42,523 nucleotides of DNA, from positions 11,213,919 to 11,256,441 of the forward strand of contig NC_068982.1 of the NCBI RefSeq assembly GCF_001194135.2, written 5' to 3'. A program made the translations under genes and the position numbers. The notes beneath the pieces were generated by a model, which was given only the letters and a program-made list of their open reading frames with translations, had not been told where the DNA came from and made no database searches. This DNA comes from Octopus bimaculoides (taxonomy: Eukaryota). Positions 12,090 through 23,337 of this stretch are shown here, piece after piece (the stretch's first letter is position 1; every line of letters starts with the position of its first letter).

Positions 12090-12492
12090 CCGAACATGCA
12101 TAAGCAGGGGTTAAGCAAGGATCAGCTTCTGGGACCTCTCACCAAATATGGGCATTTCAAACACAAGGTGATGTTCTGCATCTGGTGGAATTGTGAGGGG
12201 GCAATTCACTACAAATTCATTCCAGACAGTCAAATCATTGATGACAACCTGTAATCTGAACAGCTGGAGCAAAAGTATGCCATTGTGTGGCAAAAGTACC
12301 TGGTACTGGTTAACAGAAAGCAAGTTCTTCAGCATCAAGACCCCTCATACTGCTTGAACAGCCTGGAATAAACTCCAGGAACTTGAAAAAATCAAACTGA
12401 TGTCACCCCCAGCATATAATCCAGACCTAGCTCCCTTAGATAATTACTTGTTCTGATCCATGGCTAACTTCCTGCGCCTGCAGGAATTTTAA
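12090..12492 (+). mobile_element. mariner (DD34D) transposase catalytic-domain pseudogene fragment
   Basis: Reads KVMFCIWWNCEGAIHYKFIP...SEQLEQKYAIVWQKYLVLVNRKQVLQHQD/PHTA...YNPDLAPLDNYLF*SMANFLR, matching the mariner VWW and YSPDLAPSD motifs, with stops and frameshifts. Confidence 0.88.
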
Positions 12493-12851
12493 TTCATGCA
12501 GACGATCGTTTCATACAGAAATATAAAAATAATGCAAATTCATAATTGAATTGAATTAAATTAAATCAATTAATTATATATCAATGTACTCTTCAGTGCA
12601 GGAAGTAGAAACAAATTTTTTACAATAAACTTGAGAAAGGAAATAGCAGAAAAATAGAATGTAGGAGATTCATACTTTTATCCTTATGAGAAAGAGATGT
12701 GAATCCAGTTAGATATTAACTATAACTAAAGGCGATAACGGTTATTTAAAATATAAGTTAAAGCGGTTTCAGAGACGTTCCCTCTATGAGTAAGGAGATT
12801 AGAAATTTTAACTTCAAATAAATGGCGTAGGGCAAAAATTGTATAGCAATG

Positions 12852-12856
<5 letters not shown>

Positions 12857-12920
<64 letters not shown>
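12857..12920. repeat. (TA)n microsatellite
   Basis: Direct reading. Confidence 0.97.
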
Positions 12921-12921
<1 letters not shown>

Positions 12922-13136
12922 GATTCTAACATGAACAAGCAAGAAAAAACACGAAAAAACAACAACGCGAGGACGTAGAATAAGTACAGTGTTATTGGAC
13001 GGTCAAGAAAGGAAAGAAAAGAAAGGGGATTTAACGTTTCGAGTGGAGCTCTTCGTCAGAAATATAGAAAAAGTCCAAAGAAGGGAAGACAGAGAAAGAA
13101 AATCGCCAACGATGCACACACGGCCCCATATTGGAA
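12921..13136 (-). mobile_element. Penelope-like non-autonomous fragment inserted in (TA)n
   Basis: Flanked by (TA)n on both sides and contains a PLE-type minimal hammerhead motif. Confidence 0.6.
13029..13063 (-). ncRNA. minimal type I hammerhead ribozyme motif
   Basis: Minus strand reads attt-CTGACGA-a-gag-ctcca-ctc-GAAAC-GTT-aaat. All core nucleotides are present, with palindromic stem III (ACGU) and stem I attt/aaat. Confidence 0.7.
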
Positions 13137-14866
13137 TATATATATATATAAATATATATTGTGTTGAAAAGTCTAGCCAGAATAAACACGTGGAAAATAT
13201 GCGCTTACTTAAACTTGAGACTACAGATCAAAATAACCTCCATCTTCTTCGCAGCAGAATTATCAAGAAATCTACTATAATGTAAAACGCACCATTCTTT
13301 GTCCTTATTCTTGTTACCAATGTATCCCTATGTCTTTCACCTAAACGATCGTAAATGTACTATTACTACCACTTTTCTTTATTAAGTAATTAAATTAATG
13401 GCTTACTAGCGCAAACGACCAACTTCTTCCTGTTATTTTTCCTCCTTGCACATAATTTAAACTACGGTTTACCTGTTGAATAACCTGCTACCATATACCT
13501 TTTACCAAGGACCGTACCTACGCAGCTAATCTCCAGTAGCGCCTTTGGATTTAACTATCCCATAGAGGTTTTAAACACCTCTAACTTTATATATATATAT
13601 AATATACACTCCAAACTAACAAAAAATGTTCCTGTGGTCGGTATTGTACTTCAGGTAATCCGAAATCAAAGTCTGTCCTTAGATACATGGGTGATATGTG
13701 TGTGTGTGTGTGTGTGTGGGTGGTATGACGAGTATAATAATCTTGTCTTTTGAAAAGATGAAATAATCATCTACAGACATCCTGACACTAACAGAAAACT
13801 TTGAACAACTTTCTTGGAACAGGATAAAATTTTAACCAACATGTTGCTTGGTAACACAAAGGAATAAATACTCTATATTTTGAGATTTCTTCCACCACTC
13901 CCCAACGAGAAAAGAAAAAGAAAAAAAAAGATATGTTGTTAGCATTAACATTTCTAAAGAAGTTGTTTTGAAAGTTTTGCGAAATATTTATACTTCGTTT
14001 GTTGCTTCTAAGGAACATACAATGAAACAATGGCCTCTTGGTGAAGTAGGATTATAAAAAGGTGGGGGGGGGAGACAGAGGAAATAAGAAAATTATTTAT
14101 CTAACGTTGTTAGATTGTAGTATCGTTTTCTGATGTTAAAGGAAGAAGAGTAATTAAATGCCTTGTTTGTATAAGCTAAGGACAAGTCTTTAAATAGCTT
14201 TATCGTCTCAATATCATTACAGTTGGCTCAAAGAATTGCCGACATAATTCAAGTTGGTAAAGCTTCAATATCTAGAGCAAGGAAAATATTCAGACTTAAG
14301 AAAATATTTTTAAGTTGGTTAGTTGCAGCAGACCTTACAGTAATTATAGAGTATAAAAGGAGTGGTATTGTGTTGTAGAGAGATTAACAGCCGTTGACAG
14401 CTTAAAGCTGAAATATATATTTAAAAAACAGGGTGTTTGATATATAAAACTATGACTGCCAGTGAAGTAATTTAAGAAAACTAAAAAGAAAAAAAAAACA
14501 CATCAGATTAAATAATTTAGTAATAGATTTTGTTGAGTTATTATAAAATTAAAAGCATTCTTTTAAGATTACTAAATTGTTTCTTTCATTTTATTAAGAA
14601 AAAATCTCTGGATATATATTTTTTTTTTTTTAATGCACCTAGAAAATTTATTATGCCTCCCAGAGGGAAAAGGTAGTCTTATTTTGTGGCATGTTACTTT
14701 TAATTCATTATTAAACGTGATCAGATCTCATGTGTACAAAAATTAAGTTTATTCCGGAGTTTGAGCTCTGAAGCAAATTTTTCAACGTCGAATATAAGTT
14801 TATATTACTTGTGTTAATATAAGCATTTTTTAAAAAAAAGTTGACTCGCACTTAATTAGAATTAGC

Positions 14867-15450
14867 TTTTTTTTTCATTTTTGCACGTCAATTTTGTTAC
14901 ATATATAATTATGTAACACGTATGGATATAATACATAACCCGCAAGAACATTAAAATACAAATCCCAAACCGAAGAAAACACAAACATGAGCCAAGAAGA
15001 AAAAAACAGTAATTTAACACCAAGTGCCTCGGTTGATTGCACACCGTAAGATTCAACGGAACTTACTGAAGGTAGCCGACACGCTTGCGGTTTTAGCGCA
15101 GGTGATGGCGAGGCTAAGGCGTTGGAACAGCCAAACACACACACGGGCATCACCTGACACCAGAGCAAAGCGAGCCGCCAATGATGACAAGAACTTCGCC
15201 ATTAGAGGCACAGCCCCTCCAAATGTCTGAGATGTAACAGGTAGGAAGAAGTGGTTTACCGACAGGTACCGATACAAAAGGATTTTGTTCCCGTTCGGCT
15301 ACGGAAGCGGTGACCCTCTCATTTACCGCAATCCACAGACTGTGACGTCCCAGATGAGGCACCTACCTCTTACCCAGGGACAAAGGATAAAACCATCTGG
15401 TTTCTTCCAATCACTTCTTGATAATAGGACACAATGTCCCAGAGTGGGGA
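14867..15450 (-). mobile_element. CRE-clade non-LTR retrotransposon 3' fragment (restriction-like endonuclease domain)
   Basis: Minus strand reads LLSRSDWKKPDGFILCPWVRGRCLIWDVTVC...YRYLSVNHFFLPVTSQTFG...FLSSLAARFALVSGDARVCVWLFQRLSLAITCAKTASV. This matches the recalled CRE pattern RSDGKRPDG-x-PW-x-WDVT...FVPIAVETLG...QRLSIAIQRGNAAS. It is followed by a U-rich 3' UTR and a short poly(A) at 14867-14875. Confidence 0.8.
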
Positions 15451-16613
15451 AAAACATTAAGCTGTAATTATAACAAAAAAGGCATGATGGTTACGGTCGG
15501 ATTGCTTTTTAGACAAGCATTTACAAAAACATATCTTTCGATGTTTCAAAAATATTCTGCGTTATTTTTTTTTTTATCTCATTTCTTTCTTTTAGAATTT
15601 ATTTGTGCGTATATCTCTTAAACCCAATATTTAAAATTAAAAATGGATGAAAAGGAACAAGAAAATGAAAGAAAACAAGAAAATAACAATTAAATCTCCG
15701 CTTGATACTGTAAATTTTTTTAAAAAAGTAATTTAAAAGAAGATATATTAAATGTTATCAACATCGTAACTAACTGTAAACTTTAACCCTAATCATAATC
15801 TTCGGAATTTTATTTCATCATAATTTTTTTTTAAATTGATACTTTTACATGACCACAAGAAATCAACCAACTTACTTTCCATTTTGAAAATTTTGTTTCA
15901 AAGCTTTAAACTCCTGCAAAATTAAGCAAAATAGTCCTTCACCATTATTCTATATAACATGTCACCTTCCATGCAAAAACTAATAGCCTCTACTTTAAAA
16001 TTGTGCACAGCTTTAGGTGAACACTAGGTAACATTCTGGGACAAGTATCTCATTACTGCATCATTGCTACAGAGAAGATAAATGAATGAAGTGGTAACGT
16101 CGAAATCTCTCTCTATGATGGACAAAAAACAATCGGTAATTTTTAGGGACGTTAAAAAAAGGCAGGATATACTTTTATCTTAATTTAATTTCCTGACACT
16201 AACTGAAGACTAAAGAACTACTTTTATTCATGGAATTAGATAAAGTTTTAACCAAGTTTGTTTGGTAACACAATGAAATAAATACTGTAGTTTAAGATTT
16301 CTTTCAGCGAGAGAAAGAGAAAATAAAGATACCGTTAACATTTCGAAAGAAATTTGGAAAATTTTGCGAAATATTTATGTTTTTTGTTTTTAAGAAATAA
16401 ACCATGAAGACTAGAACAATGGTATGTTTCTCAGCAGCAAGAAATTGAATTAACAAAATTAATTTACGTAGGAAAAAATGTAGTTTTTGTGAGCAGGCAA
16501 GGGAGACAACTACGAACATGTTTTGATCTTAGATCTCATCAGCAAATTAAGGATATCCCAGAGTTTAAGCTTCAAAACAAAATTTGGATCTGTTCATTTT
16601 GGCTCACAGATTT

Positions 16614-16759
16614 ACGACGGGTTTCTTGCAGTATCTGTCTCCCAAATCCACTCATAAGTCTTTGGTCGGCCCGAGGCTAGAGTAGAAGATATTTGCCCAA
16701 GGTGCCACGCAGTGGGGCTGAACCCGGAACCATGTCTTACCACACAGCCATGCCTGCGC
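16614..16759 (-). mobile_element. SINE family A 5' half
   Basis: ccaaatccactc...ttgcccaaggtgccacgcagtgggg...ccacacagcca. Confidence 0.8.
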
Positions 16760-16834
16760 TTTTATGTTAAACATTTTTCCAACCTGTCAAGTAAACTCGG
16801 ATTCTGAGCTGGCTGGTTTCGGATCTCTTCTACT

Positions 16835-16925
16835 TAGGGCCGTCTTCAAGCATAGGCACACTGAGCAGTTGCCCAAGGATCCCCGCGAGCTTTGGAGACC
16901 CAATTCTAATCTATGTACGCTATGG
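16835..16925. mobile_element. hAT-like MITE end fragment
   Basis: tagggccgtcttcaagcataggcacactgagcagttgcccaagg resembles cagggcc-type hAT termini (recalled pattern). Confidence 0.4.
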
Positions 16926-16954
16926 CTTGCTGTCAATAAATAAATACTTTAGGG

Positions 16955-17075
16955 CCCAGTCTGAGACGGACCGGCGTCCCGTTCAGGTGGGAAATATATA
17001 CGCCATTGAAACCGGGAAACCGGCCCTCATGAGCCTGACATGGCTCGTGAAGGAAAAAAAGACCCAGTGCATTTA
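16955..17075 (+). mobile_element. SINE D V-type 3' module fragment
   Basis: ggaccggcgtcccgttcagg...gaaaccgggaaaccggccctcatgagcctg matches 9745-9830. Confidence 0.65.
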
Positions 17076-17221
17076 TTTGTTTGAGGAGCGGGTTATAATG
17101 CCGTTAAGACGGCATTGCCTCCACTTTAGCACTCGACTCATTCGTCACTGTTCCTATCGCCAGCCATATGGCATCCGTCCCCAAGTCTCACACTACCAAA
17201 CCCCTGGAATTTCCTCCTTTC

Positions 17222-17560
17222 CAGAGCCGGATTAAAACCTATAGAGGTCTTAAGCACTTAAAGGATTTTAGTGTGTCCCCGCTCCCACATATATGTAATT
17301 CAAAGTATAAACAACAATAAACCATAAAATGAATATTTATTTTTCAAAATGAAACAAAAGTAACTGTAAGATAGGAAATACTGTTTATTTTTGTATATCT
17401 CTACTTTTTTTATATTTAAAAAGTTTTCTACTTTTTTAATTGCAAAGTCTTTGATCAGATCCTCAAAAATTAATCTTACGTCACACATCTGCTTCTATAC
17501 TTAGTAGAGAAAAGGCATCCCGAATATTATTTTAGCACGTTTAAAGGGATCTTTGTGCCG
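17222..17560 (-). mobile_element. hAT transposon 3' remnant (hATC dimerisation-domain end plus TIR)
   Basis: Minus strand reads DAFSLLSIEADV*RKINF/EDLIKDFAIKK, matching the hATC C-terminal pattern LALLSIE..L..IDF..II..FA.KK. The terminus cagagccggatt at 17222 is hAT-like. Confidence 0.6.
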
Positions 17561-17599
17561 TAAACCATTTACCATTTCTGTGGTGCCTCTCCTTTTCTT

Positions 17600-17900
17600 A
17601 TTTTACTTAATGGTTAACCAAGCGCTACACCTTTCACATTTTCCCCCCACACAACCGTTGATTTGCAACTGATCAAAAGCGTTAACTACCGTCGGCCATA
17701 TCGGTTTCAAAGGAGCAGGGCTGTCTTTTTTTCTTCCAGAACAATCCAGTCGTCAAAGAAATCCAGTCTTGGATATATCTTTGGAAGAGAGGATCCCCTC
17801 TAAGTTAATTTGTCTAGGATATAATTATGAATAGCGTCCCAAGAGACTCATTCAGATATTACGTTTCAGTGGGTATAGTACAGTTGAATAACTTCAGCCA
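17600..17900 (-). mobile_element. possible highly decayed mariner transposase
   Basis: Minus strand gives DFFDDWIVLEEKK...NRYGRR*L...VVWGENVKGV, in the same order as mariner FLDRIVTGDEKW...KRRRQWL...VWWDxKGV. The match is weak. Confidence 0.35.
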
Positions 17901-18087
17901 GTTGAGTCCGTCCGTGACCTGCTTTCGATTATCAGCTGTAGCAGTCATAACTATTTACTTCTGAAAATCTTAGGCTTAATGTCCTCCTAAGCAGTTACTA
18001 GAAACAATTCCAGTGTATCATTACCTGAAAATTATTACAGTCGAATAGCGAGATGCGTCCAGAAATAGATATATTTTATTCTTCGAG

Positions 18088-18126
<39 letters not shown>

Positions 18127-19471
18127 TATCGTATCGTATCATATCATCATATTACATCCATCTCAAAGATAAATTCATGCTATTTCGCTAGTTATCTATT
18201 ATCTACTGCTACATCTTTGCAGTGGAAAAATCTATTACAGATATGCCAAGTAATATTAAGCCGTAAACCATTGAAAAATAAAAGGAAAGAAAGAGTAAAT
18301 GTGGAAAGAACACTCGCACCTGATTTGAAGAGATTAGTTTTAATATTTTATTTATAAAGCAATTTCTGTATTTATATAAATGGCTACAGCATATCGTCAA
18401 AGTTATGCATTATGTTGGATCGAGCTATCTAATTTAAATATCTATACTATAAATACAGTTCTCACTATTTAAGTCAGATTTTTAAAAGCAATTTTTCAAA
18501 CAAACGAGAATATTTTTGTTTTACAATTTTTCTTTTAATCTGAAGAATATGTAAGAGGAGGTTTAGTGCAACACGAAGCTAAACTACGGCAATTATAGGA
18601 AGAATATCGACATTTAGTGTCGTTTATATATAAATATCATATAACTGTTTCCTCCAGACATAAATTCAAAACTCTGCTAAATAGAACTATATTTCCGTTA
18701 GATATAACCGTTAAATGATATGCCGACTTCGTTTTTCAAAATCCACCTCGTATAAGTTATCGAATTATTTGACAGGTTAATGACGTAAAAAAAAAGTCTT
18801 GAGGGATAATGAGAGTTTCCTTAATCAATCAACACGTATGATATAATTTGAAGTTCCATTTCGTCACAGTCGCGATTAGTGAGAACGTAATTATATAAAT
18901 TTCCATTACAAAACCAAAAAACCACTTCCGCATAAATTATATTTACTTTTTACGTAAGACTTTAAAGAAATTATATGAACGTAGTAGAAATTGCTGTTTA
19001 TATTGAATTATGGCTGAGGAAGGGATGATTTAATGTAATTAATATTTTGTAGTTAATTACTCATTATCTTTGTATTTATTAGTTCTTAATAATGGATCTA
19101 CTACTATTTCTATTAGTAATATCTTAATACTACTGTTGTTCAATACGTCGTCGTTATTGAAAATATAAGCATTTACAGATGTGTTCATTTTTATCCATTA
19201 GATTCAATTCTCATATATAAATCCTGGGAGTACGTTTAGTCAAAGGGCCTCCTGTCAGGGACCAAAAGAGTGAGGGTAAATTACCCACCAAATGAAATAA
19301 AAAATTTAACTTTTGAGGCCAATTTCTTGCTGCTTGAGAGACGCTTTTCACAGAACTTCGATAATGTGTAGTTAACTTTTTGCCTCTCCAAACCACTTTC
19401 CTAAGTTTGCCCAAAACGCCCGTGCTTGTTTTCCGACTTTTAATTAGCTATTGTTTCATATAATCTGAGGT

Positions 19472-19778
19472 GGAGGTGCAATGGCCCAGTGGTTAGGATC
19501 GCGATTTCGATTCCCAGACCGGGCGTTGTGAGTGTTTATTGAGTGAAAACACCTAAAGCTCCACGAGGCTCCGGCAGGGGATGGTGGCGAACCCTGCTGT
19601 ACTCTTTCACCACAACTTTCTCTCACTCTTTCTTCCTGTTTCTCTTGTACCTGTAATTCAAAGGGTCAGCCTTGTCATACTGAATATCCCTGAGTGTCCG
19701 TGGAGTGCTCAGCCACTTGCACGTTAATTTCACGAGCAGGCTGTTCTGTTGATCGGATCAACTGGAACCCTCGACGTT
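19472..19778 (+). mobile_element. tRNA-derived SINE family D (alternative 3' module)
   Basis: Same head and body as 9540, then caaagggtcagccttgtc...gcacgttaatttcacgagc...gatcggatcaactggaaccctcg. Confidence 0.85.
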
Positions 19779-20019
19779 CATAAGTTGAAATAATAACTGG
19801 GAATGTGTGATAAAAATGATGCATAGACTACAAGGGAAGTTGTCTTATGTATCACAAGATTAACATCACAGGCAACGGGTTCATAAAAATGTAGGGGTCT
19901 TTATTGACATTTCACAGCAAGTAGTATTCAATGTTTTAGACGTCCTGGTACAAGCACAAAGGAAACCATGTTTTAAAGTTGAAAATTAGGAAACATAAAA
20001 ATCGTTGCTTACCTTTTAT

Positions 20020-20190
20020 ATTGATTTCAGATTTTGGTTTAAGGTCAGTAATTTCCAGAGTGGAGTTAAGTCGAGTACATCGACCTCAGTGTTCAAGTGT
20101 TACTTATTTTATCGAGAATTGGAACTCAGAACACGAAGAGGGACAAAATGCGTATAACAAAATTGCGAATAACGCTCTTTTGAGGACCCA
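20020..20190 (-). mobile_element. SINE family B, degenerate
   Basis: catcgacctcagtgttcaagtgttacttattttatcg...ggaactcagaac. Confidence 0.55.
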
Positions 20191-20297
20191 CAAAACATTA
20201 GACAAGATCAGTTGTGGGCAAACTGCGGCCCGTCGAACTTTTTGAATAGTACACCTAATGAAAGTCAACTTGAGTTATTTTGTTTTTGTTTTTTTAG

Positions 20298-20448
20298 GGC
20301 TATCTTTCGATTTGATGTGAAGAAAGGCAAGTAAAAGCACATGGGTTTTGTTTACATCTAATCGGCTAACCCTAACAGGCCGATTAGATTTAAACAAAAC
20401 CCATGTGCTTTTACTTGACGTTTCTTCACATCAAATCGAAAGATAGCC
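20298..20448. mobile_element. fold-back element, about 70-bp arms, TAACCCTAAC loop
   Basis: Arms 20298-20366 and 20379-20448 are reverse complements with about 3 differences. The loop is taaccctaacag. Confidence 0.85.
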
Positions 20449-20559
20449 TTTTTTAGTAGTGCGGTCCGGTTGATGATGAACCATGTCCCATGCAGCCTGT
20501 TTCTCGATAAAGGTTGTCCATACTTAATCTAAATTTTTTGAAGCTCTAAGTTATATATT

Positions 20560-20780
20560 TTAACCTTTTAAAATTCAGAAATATTCTATTAAATGTAATG
20601 CTTATTTATTCACATTGTTTTCAATTAATCATACGTTATTATCTCATCGCATTGAGATTTCAATGATGCGATTATATATTTTTAGGATGAGAGTGTAGAG
20701 TAGGTGTTAGAGGCCGGAACTGGCTGGTTTGAACATAAAACAGGAATATCTGGGCCAGCTATGGCCTGTTTAAATGCTAA
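20560..20780. mobile_element. piggyBac-like MITE, right TIR truncated
   Basis: TTAA-cctttta start. Homologous to 40514-40743. Ends tttaaatgctaa just before the next fold-back. Confidence 0.65.
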
Positions 20781-20787
20781 TATATAG

Positions 20788-21042
20788 TATAGGTAATCTT
20801 CAAGTTTAGGGGGATAAAAAAAATTTTTTTTAATATTCAAGGGAAGTAACTGAACGTCTTACCAGTATTCTCCGTACATCTCTGTTTATAAATAAATCAC
20901 ACACGTGATTTGATTGGGGTTAGGGTGTGATTTATTTATAAACAGCTAGAAGAAAACGGATAATACTGGTAAGTCGTTCAGTTATTTCCCTTGAATATTT
21001 TTATTTATTTTTTTATCCCCCTAAACTTGAAGATTACCTATA
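20788..21042. mobile_element. fold-back element, about 115-bp arms, GGGGTTAGGG at the loop
   Basis: tataggtaatcttcaagtttagggggata...aaatcacac is mirrored by gtgtgattt...tatccccctaaacttgaagattacctata. Flanks are TA-rich. Confidence 0.85.
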
Positions 21043-22462
21043 GCATATATATATATTCTTTGTGATATATTACTTGAAAATTTTTGCTTTATGCTGATTT
21101 TTTGTTTTCGCTCATGTATTTTGATATTGCTATATAAATGTGTGATTATTCTAATATGTTAAAGTAATACTAGTTTACAACGTTTGGTTTGAAAGCATAT
21201 ATTTTTTTAGTTGACTTTCTCTTACGTAAGTTCATTATCATGACAGCCAGACTTTATTTTATTCACAATTTTATGTCACAACTTGAACATTTTACAGCAT
21301 AATAATTGTTTTTCTATTCAAAACTACTAAATCTATGGTATTTATTCTCAATATATAAAGCGATATATAAGATAATATTGCACCAATATTACAGCTATCA
21401 AGGGTATAAAAAGAAAATTTTCTCAACATTTTGAATCGTATTTGCTTTTTTAAAGTCAATAATCAACTAATGGCAAAACTATATGTGTGTCTCCTTCCCG
21501 ACTTTGTTCCCTCATAACTTTCTGAAAAAAAATATATTTTCTAATCAAATATTCTACAAATACATTTTAGATCATGTAGATTATGATTATATCAGCTTTT
21601 TTTTCTTTTTTCAAAAATATTTTTTCGACGCGAGTGAAGATTTTTTTCTCCCCAAACTCAATATAACCATAATATACAATGTATGAAGAACGTTAGAGTC
21701 TGTTGAAACTTTTGATAAACAAAATTTTATTCATTTCGTACACAAAAACGAATGTTGTCGTTCCTACAAAGACAAGACGCCGAGAGAGATTTTGTTCTTG
21801 GTGTAGTAGTAGCAACAGATAAAGTGTGGTTAGTTGCTTGTCGGGTCCTGCTTTCTAATGTCGTTCGTCCTCCAACTATTCATTGCCTTTGTGCTGTCTC
21901 TGATGACCAACTCTTACAGAATCTATCAATGCTCTCTTTGCTGCTTCCCAAAGCTCTCTTCTTTTTATTGGCCACACAGGCTCTAACAGAGAGGGGACAG
22001 CACATGGTGGGGACAGAAAAAAAAAAAACAGATGAAAAGGATGAATTAGATAAAATGATATGAAGCCGTTCGGCCCCCACCTCGGAGCGATTTCATTGAA
22101 CCAATTAATACAACTTCTTTTTAAAACATTATTTGTAACCGTTAACTTTCATCTTTCCGACGAATGTCTATGTTAAATTTCTTTAAAAGCTCAAGATAGC
22201 TTGCTTATCCGTTCTGATATTGTGCTGGGGTCCATTTTCTTGACCCACCACTCAAAATCCTTCTCATAATCTTTTACTCTCGAAAGATACTCTGGGTCTG
22301 CTACTGCGCAATGAATGTACTCGGGCAATCCCCTAACTTATGTTATATTCACTTTTATGGCTCTGTCCCACGAGTCTATCTTATAAAGTTTTGCATTTTG
22401 TCCGTTGTACAGTGTAACATTTTTTCTCACAGGGAAAGTTTGGGACTCTTCAAAGTTCTCTA

Positions 22463-23337
22463 CTCTCTTTATTTTGGCACTAAGGCCACTACATAGAGGG
22501 GGACATTACAAGGACAGACAATAGAGTACAAAACGTGGGGTACATAGAACGAATGATGAATGAAATGAATTACTTACAATAAAATGATGAAATGGCTTAC
22601 GAGTCCTCCAAAACTTGCAGTTTCGGATCTATTTTAAAACGGGGGCCACATTTTTCATTAATGTTTTGCGTAGTGTTTTTGGTACGGAAAGACTTCAAAC
22701 TTCGTATACTTATCTATTTTGTGTTATAGAACAGAAAAATATTTTTGTATTCGAATTTATTTCATGTAAAAAATTGTCTTATTTCGATAATTTCAACCAA
22801 TCACTAACAAGTATTCAGTTGTTTATATTTACTCCTTTGGTTGATTAAGCGATGTAAAGCGTATTTAATCTCCATACCTTCGTTTTATTTGCTTTTTTCA
22901 TTTTAAATTTGCTTTAACCCTAACCCTAGGGTTAGGGTTAATTGTTTCAGAATCGTTTGTTTATGTAGTCGGCACTTAATGTATATCGGCTGAATGGACG
23001 TCAGTGATTGCTTGAAATTACAGAAATACGACAACTTTCACATGGAATAACTTATGGATTTCCTTTTTTTTAAAGAAGACTAAGAGAAAAAGATGTTTTA
23101 TATGACACATTCTACCAGTGTTCCAAGTTTCAAAGTGTTTCGTTAATGAAAAATGTGGCCCCCGTTTTAAAAAAGATCCGCAGTTTCAATTAACTGTTCT
23201 CTTATACAGTTTATGATCTTTTTATTATCCAATAGTTATATGTTGTAATAACTCTTCTGTCGTCAATACGTTTGGCAGGGTATCGTATCCCACATACAAC
23301 CCACTCGCTGTAATAACCTGCGGATATATTTGTTTCA
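22463..23337 (-). mobile_element. non-LTR retroposon insertion with 22-bp TSD
   Basis: tgggactcttcaaagttctcta occurs at 22441-22462 and 23338-23359. The left end resembles the gtcccctctatg...aataaag tail seen at 28715-28755, 3610-3650 and 21960-22000. Confidence 0.7.
22624..23180. mobile_element. MITE with about 40-bp TIRs, 6-bp TSD and central telomeric palindrome
   Basis: TIRs are cggatctattttaaaacgggggccacatttttcattaa and ttaatgaaaaatgtggccccgttttaaaaaagatccg. cagttt flanks both ends. The centre is ttaaccctaaccctagggttagggttaa. Confidence 0.88.

Noticed and set aside
19211-19440. GC-richer minus-strand ORF (QARAFWANLGKWF in an alternative frame)
   Set aside because: Too short and degenerate to assign to a LINE or gene.
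22915-22942. Interstitial telomere or fusion site
   Set aside because: Only two units per side, and it sits at the centre of a TIR element with a TSD.
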